From a virus (Duplodnaviria > Caudoviricetes): 61,162 nt of DNA. The notes under the pieces were generated by a model that worked only from the letters and a program-made list of their open reading frames with translations, ran no database searches and was not told the DNA's origin. The position numbers and the translations under genes were made by a program. Below are positions 7,083-17,421 of this stretch, one piece after another. Position 1 is the first letter of the stretch. Each line of letters begins with the position of its first letter. The stretch is from positions 1 to 61,162 of IMG/VR virus record IMGVR_UViG_3300017648_000001; one strand, 5' to 3'.

Positions 7083-9257
7083 GTGGCGCCTAGATTACGA
7101 GTTAACTTAACGGAGACCACCGAAAACAACGAAGCGGTCGAGCGTATTAAAGCGGCTGGAGAACGGAAGAAGGCGGCAACCGAGACGATGGATGAAGCGT
7201 GGCAACGGATTCTATCGATGAAAAACAGCGACGCCGACCAAGCGAAGTTATTCGAAGTAAAGCGGGCGATGGCGGAAGGTACGATAGGCAGGTTGCCTTC
7301 CGATTCGTCCAAGCGTTTTAGTAAAGCGGAGGCGCTTCGGCTTCATAAACAGTTAGCGGAGAGCCAACGTGAGCAGAAAATAGCGGAGTTAGTTGCGAAG
7401 ACTCCGGATAATTACCATCTCGTTACTGACGGCAATCAGTTGCGAGGCATGATCGAAGACATTAAGAGTTCGGATTTAATAGCGGTCGACTGCGAAACGT
7501 TCGGCGAGAACGACGGCGCACTTGACCCGTGGCGAGGTGAGATGGCGGGATTCTCCGTCTCCACTCGTCAGAATCATTATTATGTACCGTTAAAGCATAG
7601 CGTTCAGTACCGACATGATTATAAAGGAATACCGCATGACTTTGTAATGTTTAAGGTTAAAGAAACGTTAGAATCGGCATCTATCGTAATGCACAACGCA
7701 CCTTTCGATTGTAAATGGTTCGCGGTTAAATACGGAATTAACTTGACGGACGCCTTACACGCTGACACTCGTATCATGGCGATGGCACTCGACGAAAACC
7801 GTTCGCATCGATTAAAAGACTTGCTTACGGATTGGCTTAAAGAGCCGAGCGATAATTTCGACCAACTGTTCGGTAAGACTCCGTTCAATGAGTTCGATTT
7901 AGACGTAGCTTTACCTTATGCTGCCGGAGATACCGAGAAGACGTTAAAACTCTACGATTGGATAATGCGACATCTTAACATGGATAAGTTAGCGGATATC
8001 AAGCGTTTAATCTTCGAAATAGAGATGCCGGTCGCTCGTCAGTTTATCAAGTCGGATATTCGCGGAATTAAGTTCGACGTAGAACGAGCGCTTAAACTTG
8101 ACGAAAAGTTAGCGAAGGAAGAAGCGGAACTACAAGCGGAAATCTTTGACCTTATCGGAAAAGAAATCAACATTAATTCGCCGATCCAATTAAAGCGCGT
8201 CTTATTCGAAGAGTTACGCCTAAACGATTACGAGAAAGGATCTACGGGAGTTCGAGCGTTAAAGAAAATAAAGAACGAGCATCCAGTGGTTACGAAGCTT
8301 CTTGAATATCGTGAGGTCGGTAAACTACGCCAGGCATTTACACAAAAACTTCCGAACGAGGTTAAGTCGGACGGTAAGATTCATCCGTGGCATAATTCGT
8401 GGGGAGCTGCGACTGGACGATTCACTTGTTCGAATCCTAATACGCAACAAATTCCGGCTAAACGTCCGGAGATCCGTCATCTATTTAAAGCGAGCGGTCC
8501 AGACCGTATTCTCGTATCGATCGACTATTCGCAGATTGAGCTCCGAGTATTGGCGCATCTAGCGAACGAGCCAGCGTTAATTGAAGCGTTCGAACAAGGT
8601 CGCGACATTCACTCGACGACTGCAGCGATGATATCTAACGGTAAATATACGTACGAAGACGTCGAAGCAAACAAAGATACCGACGGTCACGAATGTCAGA
8701 AATTACGTAAGCAAGCGAAGGTTGTTAACTTCGGCATAGTTTACGGAATGGGAGCGAATAAGCTCGGTGATACGTTAGGGATTACGAAGGACGAAGCGCA
8801 AACGATTATCGATAACTATTTCAAAGGTTATTCGGGGATCAAGCGTTATATGGACGAACAGCATGCGAAAGTTAAGAAGCAAGGATTTATAACGGACATC
8901 TTCGGAAGAAAGCGCAGATTACACTCGGAAGTAAAAGCGCGTGAGAAGTGGAAATTGTTTTCAGCGTTAAGGATGGCGGGGAATTTCCCGATTCAAGCTA
9001 GCGCAGGCTCGATACTGAAGAAAGCGGTCGTTGATATGCAGACGTTATTACCGAAACTTGATTCGTATATATTGCTACAGGTTCACGATGAGCTTGTATT
9101 TGATTGTCCGAGGAATATTTCGCGAGATTCACTGTACGAGATTGCTAGAACGATGGAACGTGCGGTTAAGATGGTCGTTCCGGTCCGGTGTGACGTAGAG
9201 ATAAATCCGGAAAGATGGCTCGAAAAAATAAACGAAACGGAGTGGTTCGATGAATAA
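7083..9257 (+). CDS. polA: Family A DNA polymerase with 3'-5' exonuclease domain
   Basis: AVDCET, HNAPFD, DYSQIELRVLAH, RKQAKVVNFGIVYG and QVHDEL motifs. Confidence 0.97.
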   Translation: MAPRLRVNLTETTENNEAVERIKAAGERKKAATETMDEAWQRILSMKNSDADQAKLFEVKRAMAEGTIGRLPSDSSKRFSKAEALRLHKQLAESQREQKIAELVAKTPDNYHLVTDGNQLRGMIEDIKSSDLIAVDCETFGENDGALDPWRGEMAGFSVSTRQNHYYVPLKHSVQYRHDYKGIPHDFVMFKVKETLESASIVMHNAPFDCKWFAVKYGINLTDALHADTRIMAMALDENRSHRLKDLLTDWLKEPSDNFDQLFGKTPFNEFDLDVALPYAAGDTEKTLKLYDWIMRHLNMDKLADIKRLIFEIEMPVARQFIKSDIRGIKFDVERALKLDEKLAKEEAELQAEIFDLIGKEININSPIQLKRVLFEELRLNDYEKGSTGVRALKKIKNEHPVVTKLLEYREVGKLRQAFTQKLPNEVKSDGKIHPWHNSWGAATGRFTCSNPNTQQIPAKRPEIRHLFKASGPDRILVSIDYSQIELRVLAHLANEPALIEAFEQGRDIHSTTAAMISNGKYTYEDVEANKDTDGHECQKLRKQAKVVNFGIVYGMGANKLGDTLGITKDEAQTIIDNYFKGYSGIKRYMDEQHAKVKKQGFITDIFGRKRRLHSEVKAREKWKLFSALRMAGNFPIQASAGSILKKAVVDMQTLLPKLDSYILLQVHDELVFDCPRNISRDSLYEIARTMERAVKMVVPVRCDVEINPERWLEKINETEWFDE

Positions 9258-9945
9258 AACTTACGTTGTACTGGATTTAGAAACAACGGGGCTTGATTAT
9301 AAAACGGAGCAAATTACGGAAATTGGCGCTATCAAAATCGACGAAAACTTCAACGAGATCGACCGATTCCATACGTTAGTAGCGCTTGAAGAAGGTCGCG
9401 AACTACCGGAATTTATTACGAAATTAACCGGAATTACAACCGAAGATTTAATCGGCCAGCCTTCGGAAGAGCGAGCGCTTGAGGAACTCGCTAATTTTAT
9501 CGGAGACTCAATCGTAGTAGCGCAGAATGCTCCGTTTGATTTATCGTTCATTAGTCGCGGAGGAATACAGCCGAAAGAGTTTATATGTACTCGCGCACTG
9601 GTTCGATATGTTGAGCCGGAATTATCAGCCAGTCTGAAAGACGTTACCAAACGTAATGGTATTTCGTTAGAAGGGCACCACCGCGCGTTGAATGATGTCG
9701 AAGCAACTATCGAAGTATTAAAGACTTATCTTGCTAGAAATAACGAAGAAATCTACGATCCTACTAACGTTGTACTCGACGAGCCGAGCCGTCCGTTAAA
9801 ATTTGTTCCGAGATATGCTGCGGTAAGAAAAGTCGCTTATGTAGCGCTAGACCTTTACGAGTTAAGTCAAATCGAAGAACACCGGATAAATGATTCGTTA
9901 CGAAAAAGGATTGCGGAAGTTTCCGTAAGAATGGAGGAGTTTTAA
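9250..9945 (+). CDS. DEDDh 3'-5' exonuclease (DnaQ-like)
   Basis: VLDLETTG, QNAPFD and HRALND motifs. Confidence 0.92.
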   Translation: MNKTYVVLDLETTGLDYKTEQITEIGAIKIDENFNEIDRFHTLVALEEGRELPEFITKLTGITTEDLIGQPSEERALEELANFIGDSIVVAQNAPFDLSFISRGGIQPKEFICTRALVRYVEPELSASLKDVTKRNGISLEGHHRALNDVEATIEVLKTYLARNNEEIYDPTNVVLDEPSRPLKFVPRYAAVRKVAYVALDLYELSQIEEHRINDSLRKRIAEVSVRMEEF

Positions 9946-10226
9946 TGATTACGATTGAAAAATACGAAGCACCTAGCTGCAAATACTGCAAAATGGTCGA
10001 CGCCTACTTACGATCGGAATCCGAATTCATCGCCGAACAAAATTTAACGATAGAGACTATCGACGTCATCAACGATCTAACCGAATCCGAACGCCAAACA
10101 CTTCCGTATTCGAGCGTTCCGTTCATGCTATTTTACCGCAACGGCGTACTAATGGCGAAGTCGCACGGCATGGCTATTCCGGACGAATTCCGAGATTGCG
10201 TACAGATTGCGAAGGAAAGTAAGTAA
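9945..10226 (+). CDS. Thioredoxin/NrdH-like redoxin
   Basis: CKYC active site and SVP motif; upstream of nrdIEF. Confidence 0.8.
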   Translation: MITIEKYEAPSCKYCKMVDAYLRSESEFIAEQNLTIETIDVINDLTESERQTLPYSSVPFMLFYRNGVLMAKSHGMAIPDEFRDCVQIAKESK

Positions 10227-10303
10227 TGGATGCGCTGAGAGGATTCGTAATTAGTTGTGTAATCCTGGCGTTGATAATTATCGGATGGGAGGCGTTTTTA
10301 TGA
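10226..10303 (+). CDS. Tiny membrane peptide (25 aa)
   Basis: MDALRGFVISCVILALIIIGWEAFL; overlaps both neighbours. Confidence 0.4.
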   Translation: MDALRGFVISCVILALIIIGWEAFL

Positions 10304-10482
10304 ATCAAGGCATTAAGGCGGAATTATACGATCGCGTCATTAAGTTTATGGATGATAACGGAATAACTTGCGAAGAAACAATACATCAATGCGATTGGGT
10401 AATCGAAAATGCTTACGAATTTATCGAAGATTTATTCCGGATAGTTGAACCGGATTTGGAAATCGAAAAGGAGGCCGAATAA
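10300..10482 (+). CDS. Hypothetical protein
   Basis: GGGAGG RBS before ATG 10300. Confidence 0.65.
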   Translation: MNQGIKAELYDRVIKFMDDNGITCEETIHQCDWVIENAYEFIEDLFRIVEPDLEIEKEAE

Positions 10483-10484
10483 TT

Positions 10485-10748
10485 ATGGCGGATAAATTAA
10501 CGACAGTAAGTACTGGCGGCGATGATAGCGTTGGTTACTACGTTAACGGAAAACTTTTCGCGGAGATTCATTGCAACGATTTCGACTCCGAGATTGAGCC
10601 AGTATATCGCGGAATTATGCGCGAGTTTAACGTTAAGGAATTCGAGAACTTGTATATGACGGACAGTGACTATGAAAAGTACTCCGATAACGGTTGGGAA
10701 CATTTCGAAGATTTATCGGAATATGAGTTACAGAAGGAGGACGAATAA
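10485..10748 (+). CDS. Hypothetical protein
   Basis: RBS and operon packing. Confidence 0.65.
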   Translation: MADKLTTVSTGGDDSVGYYVNGKLFAEIHCNDFDSEIEPVYRGIMREFNVKEFENLYMTDSDYEKYSDNGWEHFEDLSEYELQKEDE

Positions 10749-11858
10749 TTGACGAAAACTAACGGAACTACAGCAGCGGCGGCTTTACGCGCAGGACTAT
10801 CGGAATTTCAAGGATCAAAAGGCGACCGAATCGTCCGCGAATTCCTCGAACAAATTGACGCTTACTACGCGTCACCTTCGACCGGCTTCTACGATAACCG
10901 AATCGAACGGCGATATCTCGAACAGAAACTACGCCATCTAGCGTGGAAACCGTATCCGAACGACGGTTTGGTAACGTTCGGGGCTTCCGGAACTAATCTT
11001 TGCGATAGGCAGGCAGTGTTTAAATTCGGAGGAACAAAACCGGAAAAGTCGGACGATATTCCGTTTAGAGGACGCCAACGTCGCGTCGGTAATGCGGTCG
11101 TCGATTACTTCCAGCTCGATCTCGTTCATATGCAGAAGCGTCTCGGCAAAGGCGCGAAGTTTACGATGGCTGAAGCGTGGAACGAATACGAAAATAGTGA
11201 CGGATCAACTTATCGCGTTAAAGAATGGCGTATGGAAGATGCAGCGCAAGTCCGTAAGGTCTTCGAATATGACGGAGTTAAATTCGCTATCACTGCAAAG
11301 CCCGATGGAATATTCGATTATGAAGGCGGCAACCTTTTATTCGAATATAAAACGAAGGCTAGCGGATTGGTCGCGATGAACGGCAAACTCGACTTTAAAG
11401 GCGCTCAGGACGATCACTTGCGCCAGGTTACGGCTGAATCGCTTGTATTCGGAATTAACGAAGGATTACTCGTTTATGAATCTACGGAAAAGCCGGCGTG
11501 GTTCTCGGACGAAGATAACAAAAACGTTCCGAAAACGCGTAAGACTTGGCGCGATGGTAAGCCGGTTAGCGATATCCGACCGTTCTATTTCGAAATAACA
11601 GAAGCGCAACAAGAGGCGTTATTGCGAGACTTGGCGGCTCAGGCGAAACTAATCTACGCTAAGGAAGTTCCGGAGATGGTCGTTGATATGACGAGTAAAT
11701 GCGGTTTCTGTCCATTCTCGAAGCATTGTAAAGCGTCATTAACTGACGAAGAAAGATCGTCGCTAGTCGAAGCTGAACAACGTTACGCGAAGTCTCGTGA
11801 AGCCGGTAAGTATGCGCATCGTAATCTAATAAATTATCTCGACGGAGTATCGTCATGA
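10749..11858 (+). CDS. PD-(D/E)xK Cas4-like exonuclease
   Basis: KPDG...FEYKT motif; C-terminal CGFCPFSKHC. Confidence 0.8.
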   Translation: MTKTNGTTAAAALRAGLSEFQGSKGDRIVREFLEQIDAYYASPSTGFYDNRIERRYLEQKLRHLAWKPYPNDGLVTFGASGTNLCDRQAVFKFGGTKPEKSDDIPFRGRQRRVGNAVVDYFQLDLVHMQKRLGKGAKFTMAEAWNEYENSDGSTYRVKEWRMEDAAQVRKVFEYDGVKFAITAKPDGIFDYEGGNLLFEYKTKASGLVAMNGKLDFKGAQDDHLRQVTAESLVFGINEGLLVYESTEKPAWFSDEDNKNVPKTRKTWRDGKPVSDIRPFYFEITEAQQEALLRDLAAQAKLIYAKEVPEMVVDMTSKCGFCPFSKHCKASLTDEERSSLVEAEQRYAKSREAGKYAHRNLINYLDGVSS

Positions 11859-12352
11859 GAGTTCTCGCGTTCGACACTTCGCTCGGACTTCCGGGTGTAG
11901 CAGTCGTCGAAGTCGTCCGAGGCAAGCCGAAAATAGTCGCAGTCGGCTCCGTCAAAACGAATTCTAACGATACTTACGCAGCTCGCACGAAACATATCGA
12001 AGCTTATATGCATTTATTTATTCGCAATAACATCGGAAAACACGGATTCGACGCGGTTGTTCGCGAGGCTTATGCGGGAAAGATGCCGAATGTTAACTAC
12101 GCAATATTCTCGGCTTGGAACGCTTGTGACCGCGCCCTTGCCGACTTTAACCTAGCCGTAACAGAAAAGCCGATAGGGCAGGCGACAGTCAAGCGCCTGG
12201 TCTTCGGTAAAGGTAAGGCGGAAAAGGAAGAGTTGGCGGAGGCGGTTCGTAAGTGGACCGGATATACTGGCGAATTTAAGACAGCGGACGAGAGTGACGC
12301 GGTTGCTATCGCCTTAGCGTATTTAATTGACGAAGGAGTGATTACGAAATGA
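11855..12352 (+). CDS. ruvC: RuvC-like Holliday junction resolvase
   Basis: VLAFDTS, VVRE, GKGKAEKEE and DESDAVAIA motifs. Confidence 0.88.
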   Translation: MRVLAFDTSLGLPGVAVVEVVRGKPKIVAVGSVKTNSNDTYAARTKHIEAYMHLFIRNNIGKHGFDAVVREAYAGKMPNVNYAIFSAWNACDRALADFNLAVTEKPIGQATVKRLVFGKGKAEKEELAEAVRKWTGYTGEFKTADESDAVAIALAYLIDEGVITK

Positions 12353-12537
12353 GCGAAGGAATACCGCCATCCAACCTCGCGGCCTTACTTAACGGACAGC
12401 AACAACGCCAAGCTGACGCCGAATTCGAAATAGCGCGACTAGAACGGAAGCTTATCGAACAGCGCCTCGAATATGAATCGGCGACAGAGGCGGTAAGGGC
12501 TATCGAAAGTTTAATCGAAAAGGAGAGGAAACGATGA
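12349..12537 (+). CDS. Hypothetical coiled-coil protein
   Basis: Operon packing and RBS. Confidence 0.6.
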   Translation: MSEGIPPSNLAALLNGQQQRQADAEFEIARLERKLIEQRLEYESATEAVRAIESLIEKERKR

Positions 12538-12731
12538 AACTGATTACGACTATCGAAGTAGAAAAGAAGTATAGCGAGGAAGAGATTGTGGATATCAAGT
12601 CACTATCGGACGAACAAGTGTCGGAATACTTCGTAAGTTGGGAGAATTGTGTCATCGAAATGATTAACGAAAACTTTGAAGGCGATGTTTCCATTAAAGT
12701 AGCGTTCGAATTAAAGGAGGAAGCGAAATGA
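12534..12731 (+). CDS. Hypothetical protein
   Basis: Operon packing and RBS. Confidence 0.6.
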   Translation: MKLITTIEVEKKYSEEEIVDIKSLSDEQVSEYFVSWENCVIEMINENFEGDVSIKVAFELKEEAK

Positions 12732-12907
12732 CGACGATATTTTCAATCGCAGCGCTAGTATGCCTCGGATTCTTGGCGCTATGTTATTTAATCGCAGATA
12801 CGGACGGAAAACCTGGTGCAATTATCGGAAAGGTGGTCGGATTGGCTTGCGTAGCGATTCCGGCTGGCGTGATAATTGGCGGCCTTATCGGTAGACTGTT
12901 CGGATGA
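12728..12907 (+). CDS. Small two-TM membrane protein (59 aa)
   Basis: Translated by hand; AAGGAGG RBS; ATGA overlaps at both ends. Confidence 0.6.
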   Translation: MTTIFSIAALVCLGFLALCYLIADTDGKPGAIIGKVVGLACVAIPAGVIIGGLIGRLFG

Positions 12908-13278
12908 TTATCGCATACCATTCGCTAACAGGAAACGTTAAAAGGTTCCTCGATAGGTGCGAATTCGCTTTCGTAAATATTGCGGATGTCAGCACGCTAG
13001 ATGAGCCGTTTATTATCGTTACAAATACGATTGGCTTCGGTCAAGTTCCGGGGCCAGTCAGCGATTTTTTAAACCGGAACAGAGAGCGATTGGTCGGCGT
13101 AGCTGCGAGCGGTAACCGTAATTGGGGCGCTAACTTTGCGAAGGCTGCTGACTTAATTTCGTTACAATACGGCGTGCCGATCGTTCATAAGTTCGAACTA
13201 TCTGGAACGGAAGAAGACGTAAAAATATTCACGGAGAGGGTGTACGCTATTGACGAATTTAACACACATCGAAATTAA
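12904..13278 (+). CDS. nrdI: Class Ib RNR flavodoxin
   Basis: SLTGNV...SGNRNWG...FELSGT. Confidence 0.95.
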   Translation: MIIAYHSLTGNVKRFLDRCEFAFVNIADVSTLDEPFIIVTNTIGFGQVPGPVSDFLNRNRERLVGVAASGNRNWGANFAKAADLISLQYGVPIVHKFELSGTEEDVKIFTERVYAIDEFNTHRN

Positions 13279-15364
13279 TAACGAGGTAGGGCGCTTCAAA
13301 GACGACATTGCAATCGGAGAATTTGACGCAGCGTTCAAGCGCCTCAAAAAAGATAAAGACGCTGTTATCGAATTTATGCGAGAGGTTGACGACAAGCTCG
13401 TTAAGTTCGGAAGCGTCACCGAGAGAATGCGTTATTTAATAGATAACGATTTCTACTACGATGTTTACGAACAATATACGGAGGATCAAGTAACGTTCTT
13501 ACACGACTTAGCTTACGCATACGGATTCGAATTTCAATCGTATATGGCAGCGTCTAAGTTTTATAAGGATTATGCGCTAAAGACGGACGATAAGCGCCAG
13601 TACCTCGAAAACTACGAAGATCATGTCGTTATCGTGGCGTTATACCTCGGTCAAGGTAATTACGATTTAGCCGTTCGTTTAACGCGTTCGATGATGGAGC
13701 AACGTTACCAACCGGCAACTCCGACGTTCTTAAACGCAGGAAGGTCGAGACGTGGCGAAATGGTATCGTGCTTCTTATTAGAGGCGGATGATTCGCTTAA
13801 TTCAATTAACTACGTAGATAGTACGGCGAAACAGTTATCGAAGATAGGCGGAGGCGTTGCAATTAACCTTTCGAAGGTACGCGAACGTGGCGGTCCGATT
13901 AAAGGAATACAGAATGCGACGAAGGGCGTTGTGCCTGTCGCTAAGATGCTCGAACATAGCTTCGACTATGCGGATCAAGCCGGACAAAGACCGGGAGCCG
14001 GCGCCGTTTACTTAAATATCTTCCATATCGACGTACCTGAATTCTTAGATACGAAAAAGATTAACGCTGATGAAAGTATTCGCCTTGCAACGATATCGAC
14101 CGGGTTAATCGTTCCTAGCAAATTCTTTGAACTAGCCGAAAAAGGCGAGTCGTTCAGTATGTTCGCGCCACATTCCGTCTATAAAGAATACGATCAGCAC
14201 CTCGATGATATGGATATGAACGAAATGTATGACGAATTAGTCGCGAATCCTAACGTTAAAAAGAAACCGATGGATGCTCGCGAAATGTTAAATAAGATCG
14301 CTCAGACGCAATTACAGTCCGGGTATCCGTATCTATTCTTTAAAGATAACGCTAACGATGTCCATGCGGTAGGTAATCTCGGCAATATTAAACAAACTAA
14401 TCTCTGCACAGAAATTTTTAACGTACAACAAACGTCAATCATCAACGACTACGGAACCGACGACGAAATCAAATACGACATCTCTTGCAATCTCGGATCT
14501 CTTAACATCGTAAACGTAATGGAATCCGGTAAGCTACGCGAGTCCGTTCACGAAGGTATCGAAGCCTTAACGATAGTGTCCGACATAACGAAAATACCAA
14601 ACGCACCAGGCGTCCGTAAAGCGAACGAAGAGTTACATTCGGTAGGGCTCGGCGCTATGAACTTACACGGATTCTTAGCGAAAAATAAGATCGGATACGA
14701 ATCGAAGGAAGCGCGCGATTTCGTCCGTACATTCTTCGCGGTCATCAACTACTACTCGATCGAAAAGTCTATGTTAATTGCTAAGGAGCGCGGTGAAACG
14801 TTTAAAGGATTCGAAGGTTCCGAATATGCTAACGGTAATTACTTCCGAAAATACACATCGGAAAACTTTGCGCCTGAGACTCCGAAAGTAAAAGCGCTAT
14901 TTAACGGAATCTATATTCCATCCGAATCCGACTGGTATAACCTACGATTCCAAGTCGCAGAGTACGGTTTATATAACGCATATAGACTAGCGATCGCACC
15001 TACGCAATCAATCTCATACGTTCAAAACTCAACGTCTAGCGTAATGCCTATCGTAGATCCTATTGAGCGTAGAAGTTACGGAAACTCCGAGACGTTTTAT
15101 CCGATGCCGTTCTTATCTGCGGATACTTACTGGTACTACAAGTCGGCGTTTAACACGAATCAATATCGTCTGATCGACTTAATCGCAGAGGCGCAACAAC
15201 ATATCGATCAAGGGATTTCGACAATACTTTACGTTAATAGCGATATCAGTACGCGAGAACTAGCGAGGCTTTACGTATATGCACATAAGAAAGGTCTTAA
15301 GTCGCTTTATTATACGAGAAATCGTATGTTGAAAGTCGAAGATTGTACGTCATGCTCGGTTTAA
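13250..15364 (+). CDS. nrdE: Class Ib ribonucleotide reductase alpha subunit
   Basis: PATPTFLNAG, SCFL, TNLCTE, APTQSIS and C-terminal CTSC; uninterrupted. Confidence 0.97.
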   Translation: MTNLTHIEINNEVGRFKDDIAIGEFDAAFKRLKKDKDAVIEFMREVDDKLVKFGSVTERMRYLIDNDFYYDVYEQYTEDQVTFLHDLAYAYGFEFQSYMAASKFYKDYALKTDDKRQYLENYEDHVVIVALYLGQGNYDLAVRLTRSMMEQRYQPATPTFLNAGRSRRGEMVSCFLLEADDSLNSINYVDSTAKQLSKIGGGVAINLSKVRERGGPIKGIQNATKGVVPVAKMLEHSFDYADQAGQRPGAGAVYLNIFHIDVPEFLDTKKINADESIRLATISTGLIVPSKFFELAEKGESFSMFAPHSVYKEYDQHLDDMDMNEMYDELVANPNVKKKPMDAREMLNKIAQTQLQSGYPYLFFKDNANDVHAVGNLGNIKQTNLCTEIFNVQQTSIINDYGTDDEIKYDISCNLGSLNIVNVMESGKLRESVHEGIEALTIVSDITKIPNAPGVRKANEELHSVGLGAMNLHGFLAKNKIGYESKEARDFVRTFFAVINYYSIEKSMLIAKERGETFKGFEGSEYANGNYFRKYTSENFAPETPKVKALFNGIYIPSESDWYNLRFQVAEYGLYNAYRLAIAPTQSISYVQNSTSSVMPIVDPIERRSYGNSETFYPMPFLSADTYWYYKSAFNTNQYRLIDLIAEAQQHIDQGISTILYVNSDISTRELARLYVYAHKKGLKSLYYTRNRMLKVEDCTSCSV

Positions 15365-15385
15365 TACCTATTAGGAGGCGGATAT

Positions 15386-16366
15386 ATGAAAGCAGTTAAC
15401 TGGAATGTAAAAGAGGATTTAGCGAATACGTTTTGGAATCAGAATGTAGCGCAGATGTGGACGGCCGAAGAATTTAAGGTAGCGAAAGACTTGTCGGCGT
15501 GGGACGGACTCACGACCGCCGAGAAAGACGTTTATAAGAAGGTACTCGCTGGCCTTACCGGACTCGACACACATCAAGCAGACGATGGTATGCCGTTAAT
15601 TATGTTGCACACGAAGGATATGCGCTCAAAGGCGGTATTCTCGTTTATGGCGATGATGGAACAGATACACGCGAAGTCATATTCGCACATTTTTACGACG
15701 TTGCTTCCGTCATCTGAAACGGATTATCTACTTAACGAATGGGTCGAACAACAACCGCAGCTATCGTTTAAATCCGAAACATTATTATCGTATTACCACG
15801 CGTTATTTCAACCGAAAGTTCCGAAGATGGACGTTTACCTGGCGCACGTAGCTTCGGTATTTGCCGAATCGTTCTTATTTTATAGCGGATTCTATTATCC
15901 GATGTATCTTGCGGGGCAAGGGCGTATGACAACGTCAGGCGAAGTAATCCGTAAGATTGTAATGGACGAATCAATTCACGGAGTATTTACCGGATACAAA
16001 GCGCAAGAGCTACGTAATCAGTTAACGGAAGATGAACGTAACTATGTGGACGGCGAAATGTATAGACTACTCGAAGAATTATACGAAAATGAAGTCGCCT
16101 ACACTCACGAAATTTACGGTCAGATTGGTATCGCCGACGACGTAATTAACTACGTAAGGTATAACGCAAATAAGGCGCTGCAAAATCTAGGATTTGATCC
16201 GTATTTCGAACATGAACCGATTAATCCGATCGTACTTAACGGCATCGATACAGATACGAAGAATCACGACTTCTTCTCGACTAAAGGCGACGGTTACGTA
16301 ATGTCGTTGAATATCGAATCTTTAACCGATGATGACTTCGATTTTAGCGACGTAGGAACTAGATAA
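15386..16366 (+). CDS. nrdF: Class Ib ribonucleotide reductase beta subunit
   Basis: MEQIHAKSYS, DESIHG and HDFFS motifs. Confidence 0.97.
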   Translation: MKAVNWNVKEDLANTFWNQNVAQMWTAEEFKVAKDLSAWDGLTTAEKDVYKKVLAGLTGLDTHQADDGMPLIMLHTKDMRSKAVFSFMAMMEQIHAKSYSHIFTTLLPSSETDYLLNEWVEQQPQLSFKSETLLSYYHALFQPKVPKMDVYLAHVASVFAESFLFYSGFYYPMYLAGQGRMTTSGEVIRKIVMDESIHGVFTGYKAQELRNQLTEDERNYVDGEMYRLLEELYENEVAYTHEIYGQIGIADDVINYVRYNANKALQNLGFDPYFEHEPINPIVLNGIDTDTKNHDFFSTKGDGYVMSLNIESLTDDDFDFSDVGTR

Positions 16367-16376
16367 CGCAAGCACT

Positions 16377-16409
16377 AGCGCTCGACTTCGCCGTCGGGCG
16401 TTATTTTTT
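16377..16409 (+). terminator. Intrinsic terminator after nrdF
   Basis: AGCGCTCGAC/GTCGGGCGTT stem plus T run. Confidence 0.7.
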
Positions 16410-16430
16410 CGAAAAAGTTAGCGGTAAAGC

Positions 16431-16455
16431 GTCCGAAATTCCGACCACGTGCGTC
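16431..16455 (+). promoter_or_regulatory. Phage-sigma promoter motif (copy 2)
   Basis: GTCCGAAA-N11-TGCGTC immediately after a terminator. Confidence 0.7.
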
Positions 16456-16507
16456 AATATAAGTAAGACGGAGGATATCACCGTCAGGCAGGAAGGAGGT
16501 CGGAAGC

Positions 16508-16684
16508 ATGTCGGAAATTCTACGCAAGGCAAAACAAGCGCTAAACGCTATCGCAATGGGCGCCGTCGCCTCAATCGTACTCTACGCAATCTATACGCAA
16601 GTTGGACTATACGCGTCGATTGCGTTAGTGGGAGCGCTAGTCGTGACGTATTTAACGTATGAATTTAAGGAGGAGGCGGAATAA
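16508..16684 (+). CDS. Small membrane protein (58 aa)
   Basis: AAGGAGG RBS; two hydrophobic segments. Confidence 0.6.
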   Translation: MSEILRKAKQALNAIAMGAVASIVLYAIYTQVGLYASIALVGALVVTYLTYEFKEEAE

Positions 16685-17394
16685 TGCCGTTACCAGCGAA
16701 TAATTTACTTTTCGGATTTGAGCCGAAGTTAACGAAAGAGCAGCGAATTTATGTCGATAGCATTTTCGACAATCAACTTACGATAGTAAACGCTAGGTCA
16801 GGAACCGGTAAGACAACGTTAGCAGTAGCTTGCGCCAAGATAATCGGCAAGCCGTTAGTATACGTATTCTCTCCGGTTGAAGAAAAGAAGATGGGATTCC
16901 GTCCTGGTACGCAAGCCGAAAAGGAAAGTGAGTACTTAACACCGTTAAAGGATGCGTTACTAGAGATCGGAGAGGTTCCGGAGAAAGTCGTCTATAACGA
17001 AGAGAATGCGGAAGCGTTAAAGGCCGGTCACGTTTGGGTATACCCGATGAGCCATATATTCGCTCGTGGTATCAACTTGAAAGATAAAACGGTCATCCTT
17101 GCGGAAAGTCAGAATTATACGCGCGGTGACATGAAGAAAATCCTAACTAGAATCCACAATAATTGCACCGTTATTATCGAAGGTCACACGGGGCAATGCG
17201 ATTTACCAGACGAAAGTAAAAGCGGCCTAGCTCCATATATAGAACATTTTAGGAATGAACCGTATTGCGAAGTTATTGAACTAACCAAAAATTTCCGTGG
17301 AAGGCTTGCACAAATCGCTCGTGATTATAACGTATGCAAGGACACGATATATCAAATTAGACGAGGGGATACTTATTCCGATATTTCGATATAG
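16684..17394 (+). CDS. phoH: PhoH-family ATPase with an atypical C-terminal extension
   Basis: ARSGTGKT, MGFRPG, ARG, ESQN and GHTGQCD motifs. Confidence 0.9.
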   Translation: MPLPANNLLFGFEPKLTKEQRIYVDSIFDNQLTIVNARSGTGKTTLAVACAKIIGKPLVYVFSPVEEKKMGFRPGTQAEKESEYLTPLKDALLEIGEVPEKVVYNEENAEALKAGHVWVYPMSHIFARGINLKDKTVILAESQNYTRGDMKKILTRIHNNCTVIIEGHTGQCDLPDESKSGLAPYIEHFRNEPYCEVIELTKNFRGRLAQIARDYNVCKDTIYQIRRGDTYSDISI

Positions 17395-17421
17395 ATGGAA
17401 ATTGCGAAGGAGTGAAAAGGT

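Noticed and set aside
10749-11858. Cas4-like nuclease as evidence of a CRISPR system
   Set aside because: No repeat-spacer array or other cas genes seen; solo Cas4-like exonucleases are common in phage replication modules
13250-16366. Introns or inteins in nrdE/nrdF (also checked polA and terL)
   Set aside because: The ORFs are uninterrupted and of normal length
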